A stretch of 60,740 bases of DNA, filler included, from Sphacelaria rigidula (Eukaryota): assembly GCA_964200075.2 (NCBI GenBank). It is 8 parts of 8 records of this genome, joined end to end, with 100 filler letters (N's around TTAATTAATTAA, not from the genome) between each part and the next. Parts side by side here need not be neighbours in the genome. Positions count along the whole stretch, not along the records: positions 1 to 7,506 come from CAXNAA020014599.1; positions 7,607 to 15,112 come from CAXNAA020014600.1; 6 more parts are not named here. The stretch is one strand, 5' to 3'. A model generated the notes under the pieces. The model made no database searches, had not been told where the DNA came from, and saw only the letters and a list, made by a program, of their open reading frames with translations. Of the stretch, positions 1-11,699 are shown piece after piece. Numbering within the stretch: the stretch's first letter is position 1; each line of letters begins with the position of its first letter. Both the position numbers and the translations under genes were made by a program.

Positions 1-70
1 GGGGAAAGCACTGTTTTAGGCTTGAGCCTCATCTCGAAGTTAAACCTCAATTCTCACAATTTGTTGTTAT

Positions 71-1819
71 GTGTTACTTGGGAAAGCATTTGTTTTTCCA
101 CGTCACGCAGCTGCTGCTATTCCAGGTCTTCGCGTACCACCTATGACGGTTGCTGTCTCCCCGTCAAAGATTCGCATCTGTCATGATTTGTCTAACGGTG
201 TGTCTGGAAACAGTGTAAACGAAGATACCGATACATCGGCGGTACCGGAGTGTAATATAGAACATGTGTTCCGCAATGTGGCGTGGCGAAATTTGTACCT
301 TCACGGAAAATTTGTTGCCAATGTCGAACCCCCCCCCCCCCCCCGAATTCTGCTTGCCAAAACGGATAGCAAGAAGAGTGCGTTCCGTCAAATTCAAGTC
401 GATGTGGATAAGGCGCCGACGTTTGGGTACGTGTTCGAGGAATTTGTAATAATAGACCGGTGTCTTCAGTTTGGATGGACTAGTTCGCCCGCGTTGTGGG
501 GGGTGGGCGCGGCAGCTGTCCAGCACGCGCACAACAACACGACTTTCCAAAACGCAGAAGTCACAGAGGAAGGCCGTGCAGTCGCTAGACATGTACGCGT
601 ATAGCCACCTCGAACAGACGAGGTGCGCGCCGAGTTGCCACGAGATTATCTTTATCCGCCGGGTGTGGGCGGGGGGCTGCGCGACAAGTTTTGGGTAGAG
701 ACGTTTGTGGATGACGCGCTGTTCGTGGAGGCGGAGAGTCTCTTGGAAGGCAGACGGTGTCTTCGCCCTACCCGGTCCTTTACTTTTGACAGTTTTCGTT
801 TGTTTGGTAGTCGTCGGGAACCTGGACTGCCTCCCTTGTATGCGCGCGAAAGAACGACGTCGTGGGACACTCCCATGGAAATGTTGGGATGGACGATTGA
901 CACAGTAGCGATGACCATTTCCGTCCCACAGCGCAAGATTGAGAATCTACGGAGCATTTTAGACCAGTGGCCAGTAGACAGGAAGGAAGCGTCGGTTAAG
1001 GAAGCGTGATCGATGGTGGAAAAGCTTCTGCACCTGTGTGAGGTCGTGAGACCGGGAAAGTTTTTCGTGCGGCGTATTCTAAATCAACTAGGTCTAGCGC
1101 CATTCACGGCAGGCGAAGCGGCGGACAAAGGATTCGTAGCAAGGCGCGCACAGCGCCGGGGATGCGTTCGGCTGGGTCCAGCATTCCATGATGACCTGGC
1201 GTTTTGGAGGTTGATTTTGGATATGGCTACAGGGGTAGACGGTGTGACTCGGTTAGAAGCACCTCTGTCGTGCTGTTTTCTGCAGCTCCCAAGCTTGAAA
1301 ATCATTAGCGATGCCAGCGGGGATGCCATGGGAGGATACTGTTTGGAAAACGGGAAACGGTGGAGGATAGATTTCACTCCGGATGTACGTGCACGCCTCC
1401 GTACCTATGTGCTTTCTAGAGACGATTTGTCGATGAACGTTTTCGAGCTGCTGGCTATGGTAGTGACGGCGTGGGCGTTGACTGTGCATGCTGGGGAACG
1501 ACCGGAGTACTCCGGGCAGAATATCTTGATGCGAGGGGACAACACAAGCGCTGTTCACTGGGTAGACAAATGTAGGGGGGCGAAAGAGCCACGGTCGGGG
1601 GCGCTCATGCGAATGATGGGCGTGTTGGAAATGCGAAACGGGTGGCGGTTCCGTGCGAAACACATCAAAGGTGTAGCAAATACTCTTGCCGATGGTATCT
1701 CGAGGTGGGACCGTGCTGACATTGCTCGAAACCTTCACTCTTTTCGGCCCGACATTTGTTGGCAGGAGCAGCGGCCTTGGCGTCGACCTCGTCGGAAAGT
1801 CAATTGCGGCTTCGTCTAA
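71..1819 (+). mobile_element. DIRS/Ngaro-type retrotransposon RT-RNase H reading frame, interrupted by in-frame stops
   Basis: ORFs 71-604, 623-1009 and 1013-1819 share one frame, broken by TAG (602-604) and TGA (1007-1009). RT motifs: LLAKTD..SAFRQI, LQFGWTSSP, FVDD, MLGWTID. DIRS-type RNase H motifs: ISDASG, NVFELLA, GDNTSAV, HIKGVANTLADGISR. Confidence 0.9.
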
Positions 1820-2546
1820 ACGAAATTACGAGGCGGGTTTCCGGTCTTGGTGTCTCTTTCGCAGGTTGATAGGCCGGGATACGTTTCTCGGCGCCGACGC
1901 ATCGGTCGAAGAGATGACTTGGGATCTGGTCGATTTTGCGGCGTGGTGTTTCGATTCCCAAGGGAACGTAGCTAGTACGATATGGGGCAAGTTTGCGGCG
2001 GTGTAGTATTTTCATAGGATGGAGGTACGAGTAGAAGTCGTCACCACGTCTCCGGTGTTGAAGTGTGCGTTAAAAGGGATTGCGAGATCGCATGCTGACA
2101 CAGGCACGTGCCGTCGAACTCGACTTCCGATCACATGGCAGATGTTGTTGGACAGAGAATGTTTGATCCCATCGTGGGGCGTTGGGGGAAAGGTGCTTTG
2201 GCTTTGCTTGAGAATGAGCTATTTTCTGCTCACACGGTCGGTAGAGATGTTTGGGAATACGTCGGGGGTGGCTCATTTAGTGCATTATCTTACACGTAGG
2301 GACGTGGCGTTTTCTTCAGGGGACACCCAGCTGGAGTATTTGCAGTGGCGCCAGGCTGACAGGACAGAGATACATTTCCGGGGCCACAAAGGGGATCAGG
2401 AGCAGAGGGGCGAAGTAAGGATCCGTACGCGAGAAGAAGTTCGTGGTCGGCATGCGGGATATAGAGCAGACGGCGGTGCAGTTGCTCTGATGTTGGAGTT
2501 CTTGTCATGCTACGCGACATTGCCCGCAGACGTTCCACTATCTTCT
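1790..2546 (+). mobile_element. Tyrosine recombinase of the same element; one stop codon, C-terminus missing
   Basis: Overlapping second frame reads SIAASSKRNYEAGFRSW (N-terminal binding domain), RLPITWQML, SYFLLTRSVE (catalytic Arg) and FRGHKGDQ (catalytic Lys). TAG at 2004-2006. The HxxR and Tyr boxes are absent because the sequence changes character at about 2546. Confidence 0.85.
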
Positions 2547-4720
2547 TTAGAGCTTCCATTCACGAAGTATGCAGCTGCGGCCTGTACCTTCAGACATAGG
2601 CTACACAGCAAGGGTCATCACCCACTGGATGCTGTTGTCCCCTGGTCATCATCCAGGAACCTACATGCTACATTTACCACGCCTTGGTGTATTTTGGCTA
2701 CAGGCGCAATCGCCGAAATATTCACCTGCAAACTTTGCTCCAGTGCACTGTAAGTTGACATCGCTAATAGGACACTACCATAACCACCTTGCCGGCTGCC
2801 AGACTGTCACACACTCTCAGAACGTAGGACCCGCTAGCATTAATACTTTCTGTACGGGAGTGTTGCCCCCTTGTCAGGTACGTTTTGGAGCATGATACTA
2901 GATGAAGATCATCGTCGTACATGGGCACTTCCAAATCCTTGGAGTTTTCACTCAAGACGTCGGTTTGGAGAATAATACTAGGTAGACAGTGGCAACTGCT
3001 GTGTGTTCAAGTGCCCCTAGGAGTAGGATGCGTTTGGTGTCCGTTTGACGAAGTTATCCCCCAAAAATCCGAAATCGATAGGGGTTCTAGAGTGGAAAAA
3101 ACAAGCACAAAAACTACCGCAAGAATCTGATCGCAAGAATCTTGCCGCAAAACGGAATCGCCGAAAACCTCTTGGTCGAATTTTAAACCGCAGCAGAAAC
3201 CAACTTCACTTTGTGAAATTGGAATTGAAAAAAAAAGCATGTTCCGAACCATCGCCACGGGGAACATCGAGCGGAACATTTTTGTGGAGAGTATGTAGAG
3301 GGTCGCCACAGGGGGTGCTAGACATTGTTGAGGGTCGCCAGAAGGTTCTACTCGTGTACCTTGTAGAGGATCGTCACAGGGTCTTTACCTTCAGAAGGTG
3401 GGCCGATGCATGTTCCTCCTTTTTTTCAAGTGTGCAGCATATTCTAGTTTTGAGAGATCGGTTGAGTCTTGGATATAGCGATCGTATATTTGTGCGTGAA
3501 AACGAGTGTTCCCATATGTTTTGATGTTTCGATGATAGATAGTTGTGTCCTTTGAGAAACGAGGTCAATTTTCTACGTGACGATCGGAATGTCCCCGGAC
3601 GGGAACATGTATGTGTGATCCTACCAACCGATTGCACCTGTTGGATCACATGTGTGACACCGCGAGGGGTTTTGCTCGGGAGACTGTGATTGACAACGGA
3701 CTGCTTTTCACGAGTCTCCCTTCTGGTACACCAGTTGAGGGGGCGGCATTGCTGTGAATAGATTGGTCAGTATGGTCTACGGTGGTGGATTGATGATACA
3801 ACAGTGAATCATTTGCGATATATGTTTGAGCGATGCACGCGGTGGGATTTTCTGCCCTGGTTTGCCTGTTTGAGACCCACTTACGCGAAGCTTTGATGGT
3901 CGATCACTAGTTTTCTTGTACTGTCTGGCTATACAACAGTACACTTCTGCACGATCTTGATCGGCTGATGGCCGTGTCCAGTGTTCGACTGTACCAGTCG
4001 TGTCACTTGAATTGACCCACAGTCTTGCAGATCGTGGAACAGTGTCCCAGTCGGTACAGCAGTTGCTGTGGGCACGCATTCCTGTTCATGCACAATGCAC
4101 CAATGAAATCGTCGCATGAATGATGTGTTGGCTACAGCATCTTCTAAAAACCAAACAAGGCGTTGCGTGCCTACCCCCATCATATTAATGCTGTGGTTGT
4201 CACTGTAATGGTGGTGCATTCAATCCCCAAGAACATGCGCTCAACATCACCTGACTCCCATCTAGACAAAGTTGAAGAACCACGTGATAGCTGTGCAACC
4301 GTGGTGTCTTCTACTAGTGCAGTTGCTTAGGTGCAACACTCCTCATTTCCAAGTTTGTGCCGTGAGACATGTGTTCCGATCTTCTCTCAAAACCACGGAG
4401 GTGAGAAAGACGTCGACCAAAATCGCAAGTTTTCCTTACTTATTCTGTCCGAAATGACAATGACTCACCATTATTCTCTCTTGGTTGCCAAGGTACATCA
4501 TCTAGTTAGCATGGCATGTCAGCTGTGCGTCAGTCATGATCTAACATCGCTATGGGACACCACCCCGCGTCATGAGGTTCATGACGCGAGTCAAATCACG
4601 CCCGCATTACCACCGGGGTTCAATACAGTAAACCTTCACCCTAAACGACATGTCTGGTTCTGGGTCGAACAAAAAATATTTGTGAAGTGAGGGAACAACA
4701 TCAAGTTTTTCAGGTTCCTG
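2547..4720 (-). mobile_element. Highly degenerate non-LTR retrotransposon (LINE RT) remnant; limits approximate
   Basis: Minus-strand VPMYDDDLHLVS (about 2895-2930) resembles the YADD motif. Just upstream lie RGT and QLPLST, resembling QGCPLSP. Many stops and frameshifts. Confidence 0.35.
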
Positions 4721-5075
4721 CATACATCTAGTAGAACCGAAGCTCAGTACTCAGACGCGAGGTCTGACTCTATGTGAACATGACTGTGCCTCTTCTACCC
4801 CTGACGATACTCCATGATATTCAAAAAAATCCCTACCGACCCCTGCCCGCCTTGAGAACGAACATTCATGAAACTGGACGAAATGCAATAGGAACTGTAC
4901 GTAAGGCATTTTCCAGAAGGTGGACATAAACGATCTGTGTGGATATTCTGCACGCAATACTTATACACATCGAATATTCGACGCATCGAATCTAGCTTCT
5001 GCTGTGACTCCACCACGTCATGCTTCCGTAGACACTGACACACCTCACAGTGCTCAAAATCATCTGCCCCATACT

Positions 5076-5637
5076 CTAAGGATTGGGAGGGTTGGGGGCA
5101 GTGGCCGTCGCGTTATCGAAGCCGTGGAGGTCGTCATTGTGGTACTGCCTAATCGCCGCCTGCTGCGCCGCTCTAGCCCGACGCCGTCGCAGGAAGAGGA
5201 ACCCTGCACCAAGTACAGCTACAATCAATACGATAGGAACCGCGACCACCCAGCCCTCATTGCCGTCGCTGCCTCCGCCCTCATTATTTGTGGCAACAGA
5301 TGAACGATCGATGGCGCCGTCGTCGGTGTCCGTGCTGTCGCTACAAACTTCCATCCCCGTGACTGGGCTGCCCGATGTGTCGTCTAGCAACCCACCCACC
5401 TCGGCGCACTCAATCTTCATGCAAGCGTACACGCTCTCCAGTGCTTCTTTGACGACGACGTAGCCGTCCGACATAGGCGCATCGGTGCTCGCGATGTCCG
5501 TGTTGGCCCGTACGGTGGTGGCGACATCTGGGTCGCAGTTGTGGATCTGGGGCAGAACGGCTGCCGAGAAGGCCCACAGTTCCGAGGCTTCCTTATCACC
5601 ACCTTGACCACCATCGGGATCGGCGAGGTAGACGTAC
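5076..5637 (-). CDS. Terminal exon of an ISIP2a/FEA1-like (phytotransferrin-type, low-iron-inducible) protein with a C-terminal TM helix
   Basis: Acceptor CAG at 5640-5638. Translation YVYLADPDGGQGGDKEASELWAFSAAVLPQIHNCDPDVATTVRANTD...VVKEALESVYACMKIECAEVGGL matches the ISIP2a/FEA1 C-terminal signature (AAVLP..H.C, ES.Y.C..I.C..VGGL). It is followed by WVVAVPIVLIVAVLGAGFLFL, RRRR and a TAG stop. Confidence 0.8.
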
Positions 5638-5746
5638 CTGAAGATATCATACGCGCGTCAGCAAATATTTAGTCGGACGGGACAAGGCTTTTCGCAGCAG
5701 CACATCCGGTCTCTTCGAGCGCTGACGCCCGTCATGATTAGGGGAC

Positions 5747-6000
5747 TACACTTTCTACGATAGCCCCCCCCCGAAACCAGCCCAGACGTGTCACGAAAAA
5801 TGGTAATACAGCGCCTGATGTTTGGGTTCAGGCTGCATGAAGCGCCTCATGTGGGCGACATTGGCGGGAACGAACTCAAGCGTGGGAATTCCCGGTTGCT
5901 CGTTGTGCTCGGTTTTCTTCATTCCGATTTACGTGAAGGTTTTACCTTCCCGAATCAGGCACTTTTGTTTGGAGGCGGGGGGGGGTTATAGGGGGTAAGT
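5747..6000 (+). mobile_element. MITE family A, copy 1, in the intron of the ISIP2a-like gene
   Basis: Starts ACACTTTCTACGATAGCCCC. The internal sequence (ATACAGCGCCTGATGTTTGGGTTCA) is shared with 47451-47680 and 58585-58812. Confidence 0.75.
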
Positions 6001-7506
6001 TATGGAGAGCCACAGTCGGCAGCGGTACGGTATCGCCAGAACTACGTAATCTGCGCACGGAAAACCAGCAGCGCACAACATCTTCCACTCCCGTACTCAC
6101 TACGACAGACCCGAACCTTGTTACTGCTGTACTCGCAACCCGACCTCTCCTGTACCTTCACGGGTGCTGTGAGTAGAAGACAGCCCGAAGAAGGGTGTGA
6201 TGCGTGTTGACATGCTTGTATCGCTTGCAGGAAACGAGTTATCGAAGGCCGCAGCAGTACGCAGCAGTACCTCCTTCAGAACTTTGCAATCTGCACCCAC
6301 AGTAAGTATCTCGCAGTGCTGTACTCGCCACCACAGACCCTAACCTGCTCAAGTACGGGTCTCCAGCAGCAGCCAATGGTACCAGCAACTGCTGTGGGCC
6401 TGCAATTAAGGAGGTAGGGGTCTGTGGTGGCGAGCACAGCAGTGGACGCTTCCTGTCGTAGGTCCAGATTTGCGGAGTTTTGACCCACTGCTGCGACGCT
6501 CGATACTCCGCCCCAGCAGCAGATCTGCAGATGCCAACACGCATCACACCCTTCTTCATGACGTCCTGTACTGATATAGCCAGGTTTTGAACAGGAAACC
6601 TCAACCCGAACCTTGACATTGACGCCCGCAAAATGATCTGTTCCGTCTTGACTTTTGGAAAGGCACAAAAAATATCTAGATTTCAGCCCACGTGCGGCGG
6701 TGGTATCCCACGTCATACACATGTGAAGAGTCGCCCCGTTCGTCGCTGTGTGAGCAAATCAACAACTCTGATCTTGCGTAATACTTCCGGACTGGTCTGG
6801 TGAATCTGCTTTGTGGTTGATGTGTGCCTTGTCGGGCGTTTGAGAATTTCCCAACTCCAAATATCGGTTTCTCCCTCATCACGGTTCTTGGTAGAGGTGC
6901 CAGTCCAAATACGACGGGAGACAAGGTAGTGACATACGCATGCATAACTTTTTTACGATCCGCTTCCGAGGTGGTACGTCCACGTTCCATGCAGCGCCTT
7001 ACCGCCGACGTTCTTTCTTCGCGTACACGTCTTTTATCAGTAGGATGCACCATTTGTTCTGTTTCTCATACAATTTGAGAGATTATATGGCATGGGTACA
7101 CTACATTTGGCAGCGAGTGTTTTTGTCCTGGGGATTTGGGGTCAACCCTTGCATCTGGGTTGGTTTTCGGTTCTGTGTATACGCTTTCGCGACGGGTTTT
7201 TCCCCCATACCCAAGTTTCCCCTCGGTTTTCCCCTTGCATCTCACTTTCGATTTACCCTGTCTCCACGCTAACCAACAACACACATAATGCCTACTTGGA
7301 ATCGTTAACAACGGAAGAATACATTCAAATTCATTTTTCGAACGGAGCAGCATGTTCTGCACGTCTCCCTTACCCAAACTGTCGATTTCGCGTACTGCAC
7401 GACCCACAACACTCATCCCCTGCAACTTATTTCCTTCCGCCCCAACATTTCTTCACGTCCAGCACCTTTTGGCCCCGCCGCCCAGTGGGCGGGGTTGGGG
7501 GGGGGG

Positions 7507-7606
7507 NNNNNNNNNNNNNNNNNNNNNNNNNNNNNNNNNNNNNNNNNNNNTTAATTAATTAANNNNNNNNNNNNNNNNNNNNNNNNNNNNNNNNNNNNNN
7601 NNNNNN
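7507..7606. other. Artificial contig spacer (N44-TTAATTAATTAA-N44); repeated at 15113, 22718, 30323, 37928, 45533 and 53137
   Basis: Identical 100-nt spacers carrying a six-frame stop linker separate contigs of 7506, 7506, 7505, 7505, 7505, 7505, 7504 and 7504 bp. Confidence 0.97.
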
Positions 7607-8072
7607 TTTGGACAATCTTTGAGAAACTACGAAATTACGGATTCTGCATACTTCTGACGCTGACCACTGTATACACAGCATACAAGCAGTGCTGCACCTA
7701 GCTGCTCTGTGATTCCGTTAGAGGTCATGACGCCTTGGACTATCGTTACGGGTAGCATGTTGCAAAATCGTTGTTATGCAGCTTTGTCCGTCCTTGGAAA
7801 GTGCTGCGGTGCTGTTTGTACGGTATCGCTGTACTTCATCACACGACCTAAAATACCGGCCAAGTAACAACAGAATTTAGGTTCACCAGCCACTCACGCA
7901 CACGACCTATTCTTGCAGGTGGGGTACGAAAAAAAGAGCGTACCGGCCACGAGCGCCTCAAGAACCAAATCCACGACAAACCCAATCTCGAATCGAAATA
8001 CTAAATACAAATACTACACAAACGGAACAACGGTCAGTCGCACTCCACAGCAGTTCAAAGCAGGGCAGTGAA

Positions 8073-8277
8073 GAAAGGATCTTATCGGGGGGCACGAGAT
8101 CACACACGTCGGCGGCGATGGAGCTCTCTGCTCGATATTGACGAGCCAACAGTCGTCTTGTGTTCTTAGCCAGTCAGAAAGGATCTTGTCGTAGTGCAGG
8201 AGACCACGCACGTCGGCGGTGAGCTCTCTGCCCGATATTGATGAGCCAACAGTCGTCTTGTGTTCTTGGCCAGCCAG
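8073..8277 (+). repeat. Two-copy tandem duplication of about 100 bp
   Basis: GAAAGGATCTT...CACGTCGGCGG...GAGCTCTCTGCYCGATATTGAYGAGCCAACAGTCGTCTTGTGTTCTTRGCCAG occurs twice in tandem. Confidence 0.85.
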
Positions 8278-9479
8278 GCACCGCGCATGCTCAATTTTTA
8301 TGGATGGTCTGACGACACGGACTGTTGATTGCTATGCATCAGCTGCTTGCTACCGAGAATACCGCCATATCATTGTTGCACGAGGAGTGTTGTACAAGAT
8401 ACGACGCTGTCCGTATACTGTCAGCCTCCACAGCGTACGGTGTTCAGTACGTTGCACAGTTTCCAAAGCTCAAAGGGTGTCCAGCACATCTACGCTATTC
8501 GGAGCGTTTGCTGCGGCTGTGATCGTCTCGCCTGTGGCATCTCTCACCACCAAGCTACACCAGCGGCCTGTAAGTCCATAACCCCTCCCCCCCAACCCTG
8601 CCCCCGGCCCGCCCGATGCGCGATCGATATCTTCTCGGCATATGTAGCACCCATCGTCATTGGCCAAACACATGAAAAAACGGCGATCAAAAATAGTGAC
8701 GGTTTCACTCTGGCGGGAAAGCCTACTCGCCGCGCTGCAGTTCTCCTCGAGTGCGTGCGAAGTATGTGCATGTATCGGGCGGAAGTCTGACAGAACACTC
8801 GATTCCTCGTGACACATCCTTTTCTCGAACAGGCACGCATACCCTCGGTGAAACAGGCACACTTCCTCACGCGTAGGGGGGGAGGAGGGAGGGTACCAAG
8901 ATCCACAGGCCCTTTCCTCTGTCCCAGATCCGACCATTGTTTCACGCTCCCCAGCCCCTGGTTCATCAGCAGTATCGTCAATGCCCTGAGTGTCAATATT
9001 ACTAACTACTGTAGCGCAATTTGTTTCAGAGCTGGGTGCCGTGTTGGAGGCACACAAGGTGCGGGGCGCAGCTCACCGCAGGATCGAGAAGAGCACAACC
9101 GACGGTGTCGGCTGGGAGGGGTGCGAAAGGATCTCAGCCCAATACGACCACACTTTCTCTGGTGAGAGCTTGTTGGACTTGTTGCCATGCTCTCAGGCGC
9201 ATCTGTATTTCTGTACGGTGGCTGTAGTACGCCGCAGTGACGCGGCCAATACAGTCGTTTCTATTTTCTGTGTAGCTAGAGGGTACGTCGTGGAACATGG
9301 AGTCAGTGTATTCGGGTGGAGTCGCTCTGTAGCATGCCAGCCATGTGCCTTCTCATGTATATCGCACGAGCCCCCTTCAGCGATATGACTACATGTTGTT
9401 GCTATGTTTCGCTTTTACGGGCACGAGAACCCCGCATATTGTCTTGAAATCTGTGCTTCAGCGTCAGGTTTGCAGCATG

Positions 9480-11335
9480 TACCGTTCGTTACAGGGATTT
9501 CACTACTAGACCAAGTAGTCAGCGTGAAATCCCTGTGACGAACAACGGGAGTGTTAATGAGTTCGAAAGCTCCCTCACGCGATCCTCCAGATTTTACCTC
9601 GCCAACGCTGCAGTTGACAAGATCCAGTGCCTCTGAACGTTTTTCCACGCCTATGGGAAAGCTCTGTCCTCGAGTATGGAAAAGAGTGACACACCGAGAA
9701 CCGAACTCAAGTCTATCATTACGGGGAGGGAAATCCATAACTAGATCAAGTAGTCAGTGATAAAAAGCCTTCTAGCGAACAAAATGAGTGCGGAGTTCGA
9801 TTGTCGACGCCTCTACTTGTTTACAAGAAGTCGAATGGGCTGGAAAAATCCTTCGCATCGTCGTGGGAAGACGTTAGGGACACTGGGTCCTCTCAGTTGT
9901 AGCACTCGCGAGGGAAAACTCGGACGATTGCGTCAAGGGGATTTCGAGGAGAAAAACATTCCTGATATATAATCGGGGCCCGGAGATAAGAAACGTCAAT
10001 TTGGGGGTGAGGCTCAAAGTCTCATTTCGGGCGCAAACACTAGCGTAAGTTGTGTTTTTTCATATATTGAGGGTTTCTTATATTTCTGGCCGACGGGATC
10101 CTGTTGATTTTCTTAAACTGTCGTTTTCTTATATCCTCAATGTACTGCCCCCGCCACCTCCTCGCTGCACGCAAATTACCCAACGAAAAGCACCCCCGCA
10201 GGTCTAAAGTGTCTAGCATGAAACAGCCATGAATCAAGAACGTATGTCGCTCCTACAAAAAGTACAATTTAGCAGGGGGGCGGGGTCTAGATATAGAGGG
10301 TGCGTTCCTTAGTTGGGGAGGGGCTCCCCAGTCACCTAGAGTATTATTCCATATATCTATTTTAGGTATGTATCCGCGCTGTTTCTCCTTCTCATGTTTC
10401 TTGTCTTGTCGCCCAGTTTGAGGTGTGTTTCTTAGTCCATTTTTCTCATTTTCCGTGAAAGGCCCAGCCTAATTTTCTGAACTAATTTTTCTTAATTGCG
10501 GGCCGCAACTGGACTTGAGAGGAAAAATCTTTTCCATGGTTGTGAAAACCTGATAGTGGCAGTTGACCGTGTCAGCTGCGGCGTTTGGCGAGGGGCGATT
10601 CGGAAGATTGTACCGAGGGGCTTTCGAGCTCGAAAACACTCGTCCTGTTTGTTAGAGGGATTTCGCCACTAGACCAAGCAGTCAGTAGTCCCTGTAACGA
10701 ACATGTACCCACGATAACAGCAGCACTTCCTGCAGCAGCACGGCCCTTTACGTGCAAATCGAACCGTAGAGTCGGGTTTATGCGAATTTATCGTCAGGCT
10801 TCAAGACTCGATCATGATGGCTCTGCCAAACCCCAGCCCTGTCTAGGAATTCTTGTATACACGAACAGCACGTACGGCAGCAGCACAAAATCCAGCAGCC
10901 GCACAGCTATTTATACTGTATATCCTCCGACTTGCTTGTTGTAGACTACGTGACATCATTTTGAGGGATTTCCCGTCTTCTGTTCCCTCAAAGGGTATGA
11001 TCAATTTTCGTGCAAAAAGCTTGCCCTTCTTCACCCCGAGATCGGGGCAAACAGGTGTTTTTGAACATACTTTTGCGGGAACGGGATACGAGAAGTCCCC
11101 AAATGCCGTTTCAGGGAAGTCGGGGGGCATGAAGTCGGCCAAATGAAAGTTCTTAGTCGTGACTTCAGATCAGGGAAAGTACCCTCTCGGAGTTAAAACG
11201 CATTTTAATGTTCCCCTTTCTTTTCGGAGATAATCTCTCCTGTACAACGTGTAGTCCTTATTTCCCGTGTGGTTAGCTTGAAACACCGAGCAAGCCCTCC
11301 ACGGTACGTGGTGCCGCAGGGCGGTACGACAACGT
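9480..11335. mobile_element. Two oppositely oriented remnants of one repeat, possibly LTR-retrotransposon related
   Basis: 9520-9670 aligns by eye with the reverse complement of 10520-10660. A PPT-like AGCAGGGGGGCGGGG lies at 10271-10285, and ACAACGTGGGGG near 11330 resembles an LTR end plus the start of a primer-binding site. Confidence 0.4.
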
Positions 11336-11699
11336 GGGGGGGAAGTGATAGCGGGTGTGTTCTGGGTGATGGTGCATCAAGTCATCATGGGCAGCACCCT
11401 CCGTAGTGGCGGAGATGTGTAGATATCACTTGATGTAGGCGATTCTATAGCTGAGTGCTAACCGTGTGAATACGAGGCTCATGGACGTGCCGATGAGCGG
11501 AATATCGACAGATAAACAGCGGACGTCATGTGTGCAGTATCGGCTGAGCCAAGCAAGACAGGCCGTAGTTTTCAAGCCGTCTTCACTGCTGTTCCGCGGT
11601 CGCAAGTACGAGAATAAGAGATTAAACACGCAACCAACCATGCATCGGATACTCCGAGGCTTTGCCCAAACGGCTGAAAATGGTCAAGATCTTGTTTCG

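Noticed and set aside
7551..7562. TTAATTAATTAA recurring every 7.6 kb
   Set aside because: It is an assembly linker embedded in N runs.
8470..9057. 195-aa minus-strand ORF and the many overlapping 60-170-aa ORFs across the window
   Set aside because: No recognisable domains or consistent splice signals; expected by chance at this GC content or as shadows of TE sequence.
10286..11331. A complete LTR of about 1 kb between a PPT-like and a PBS-like site
   Set aside because: It does not start with TG, the PBS match is only TGGGGG, no second LTR copy is present, and the interval contains an inverted copy of upstream sequence.
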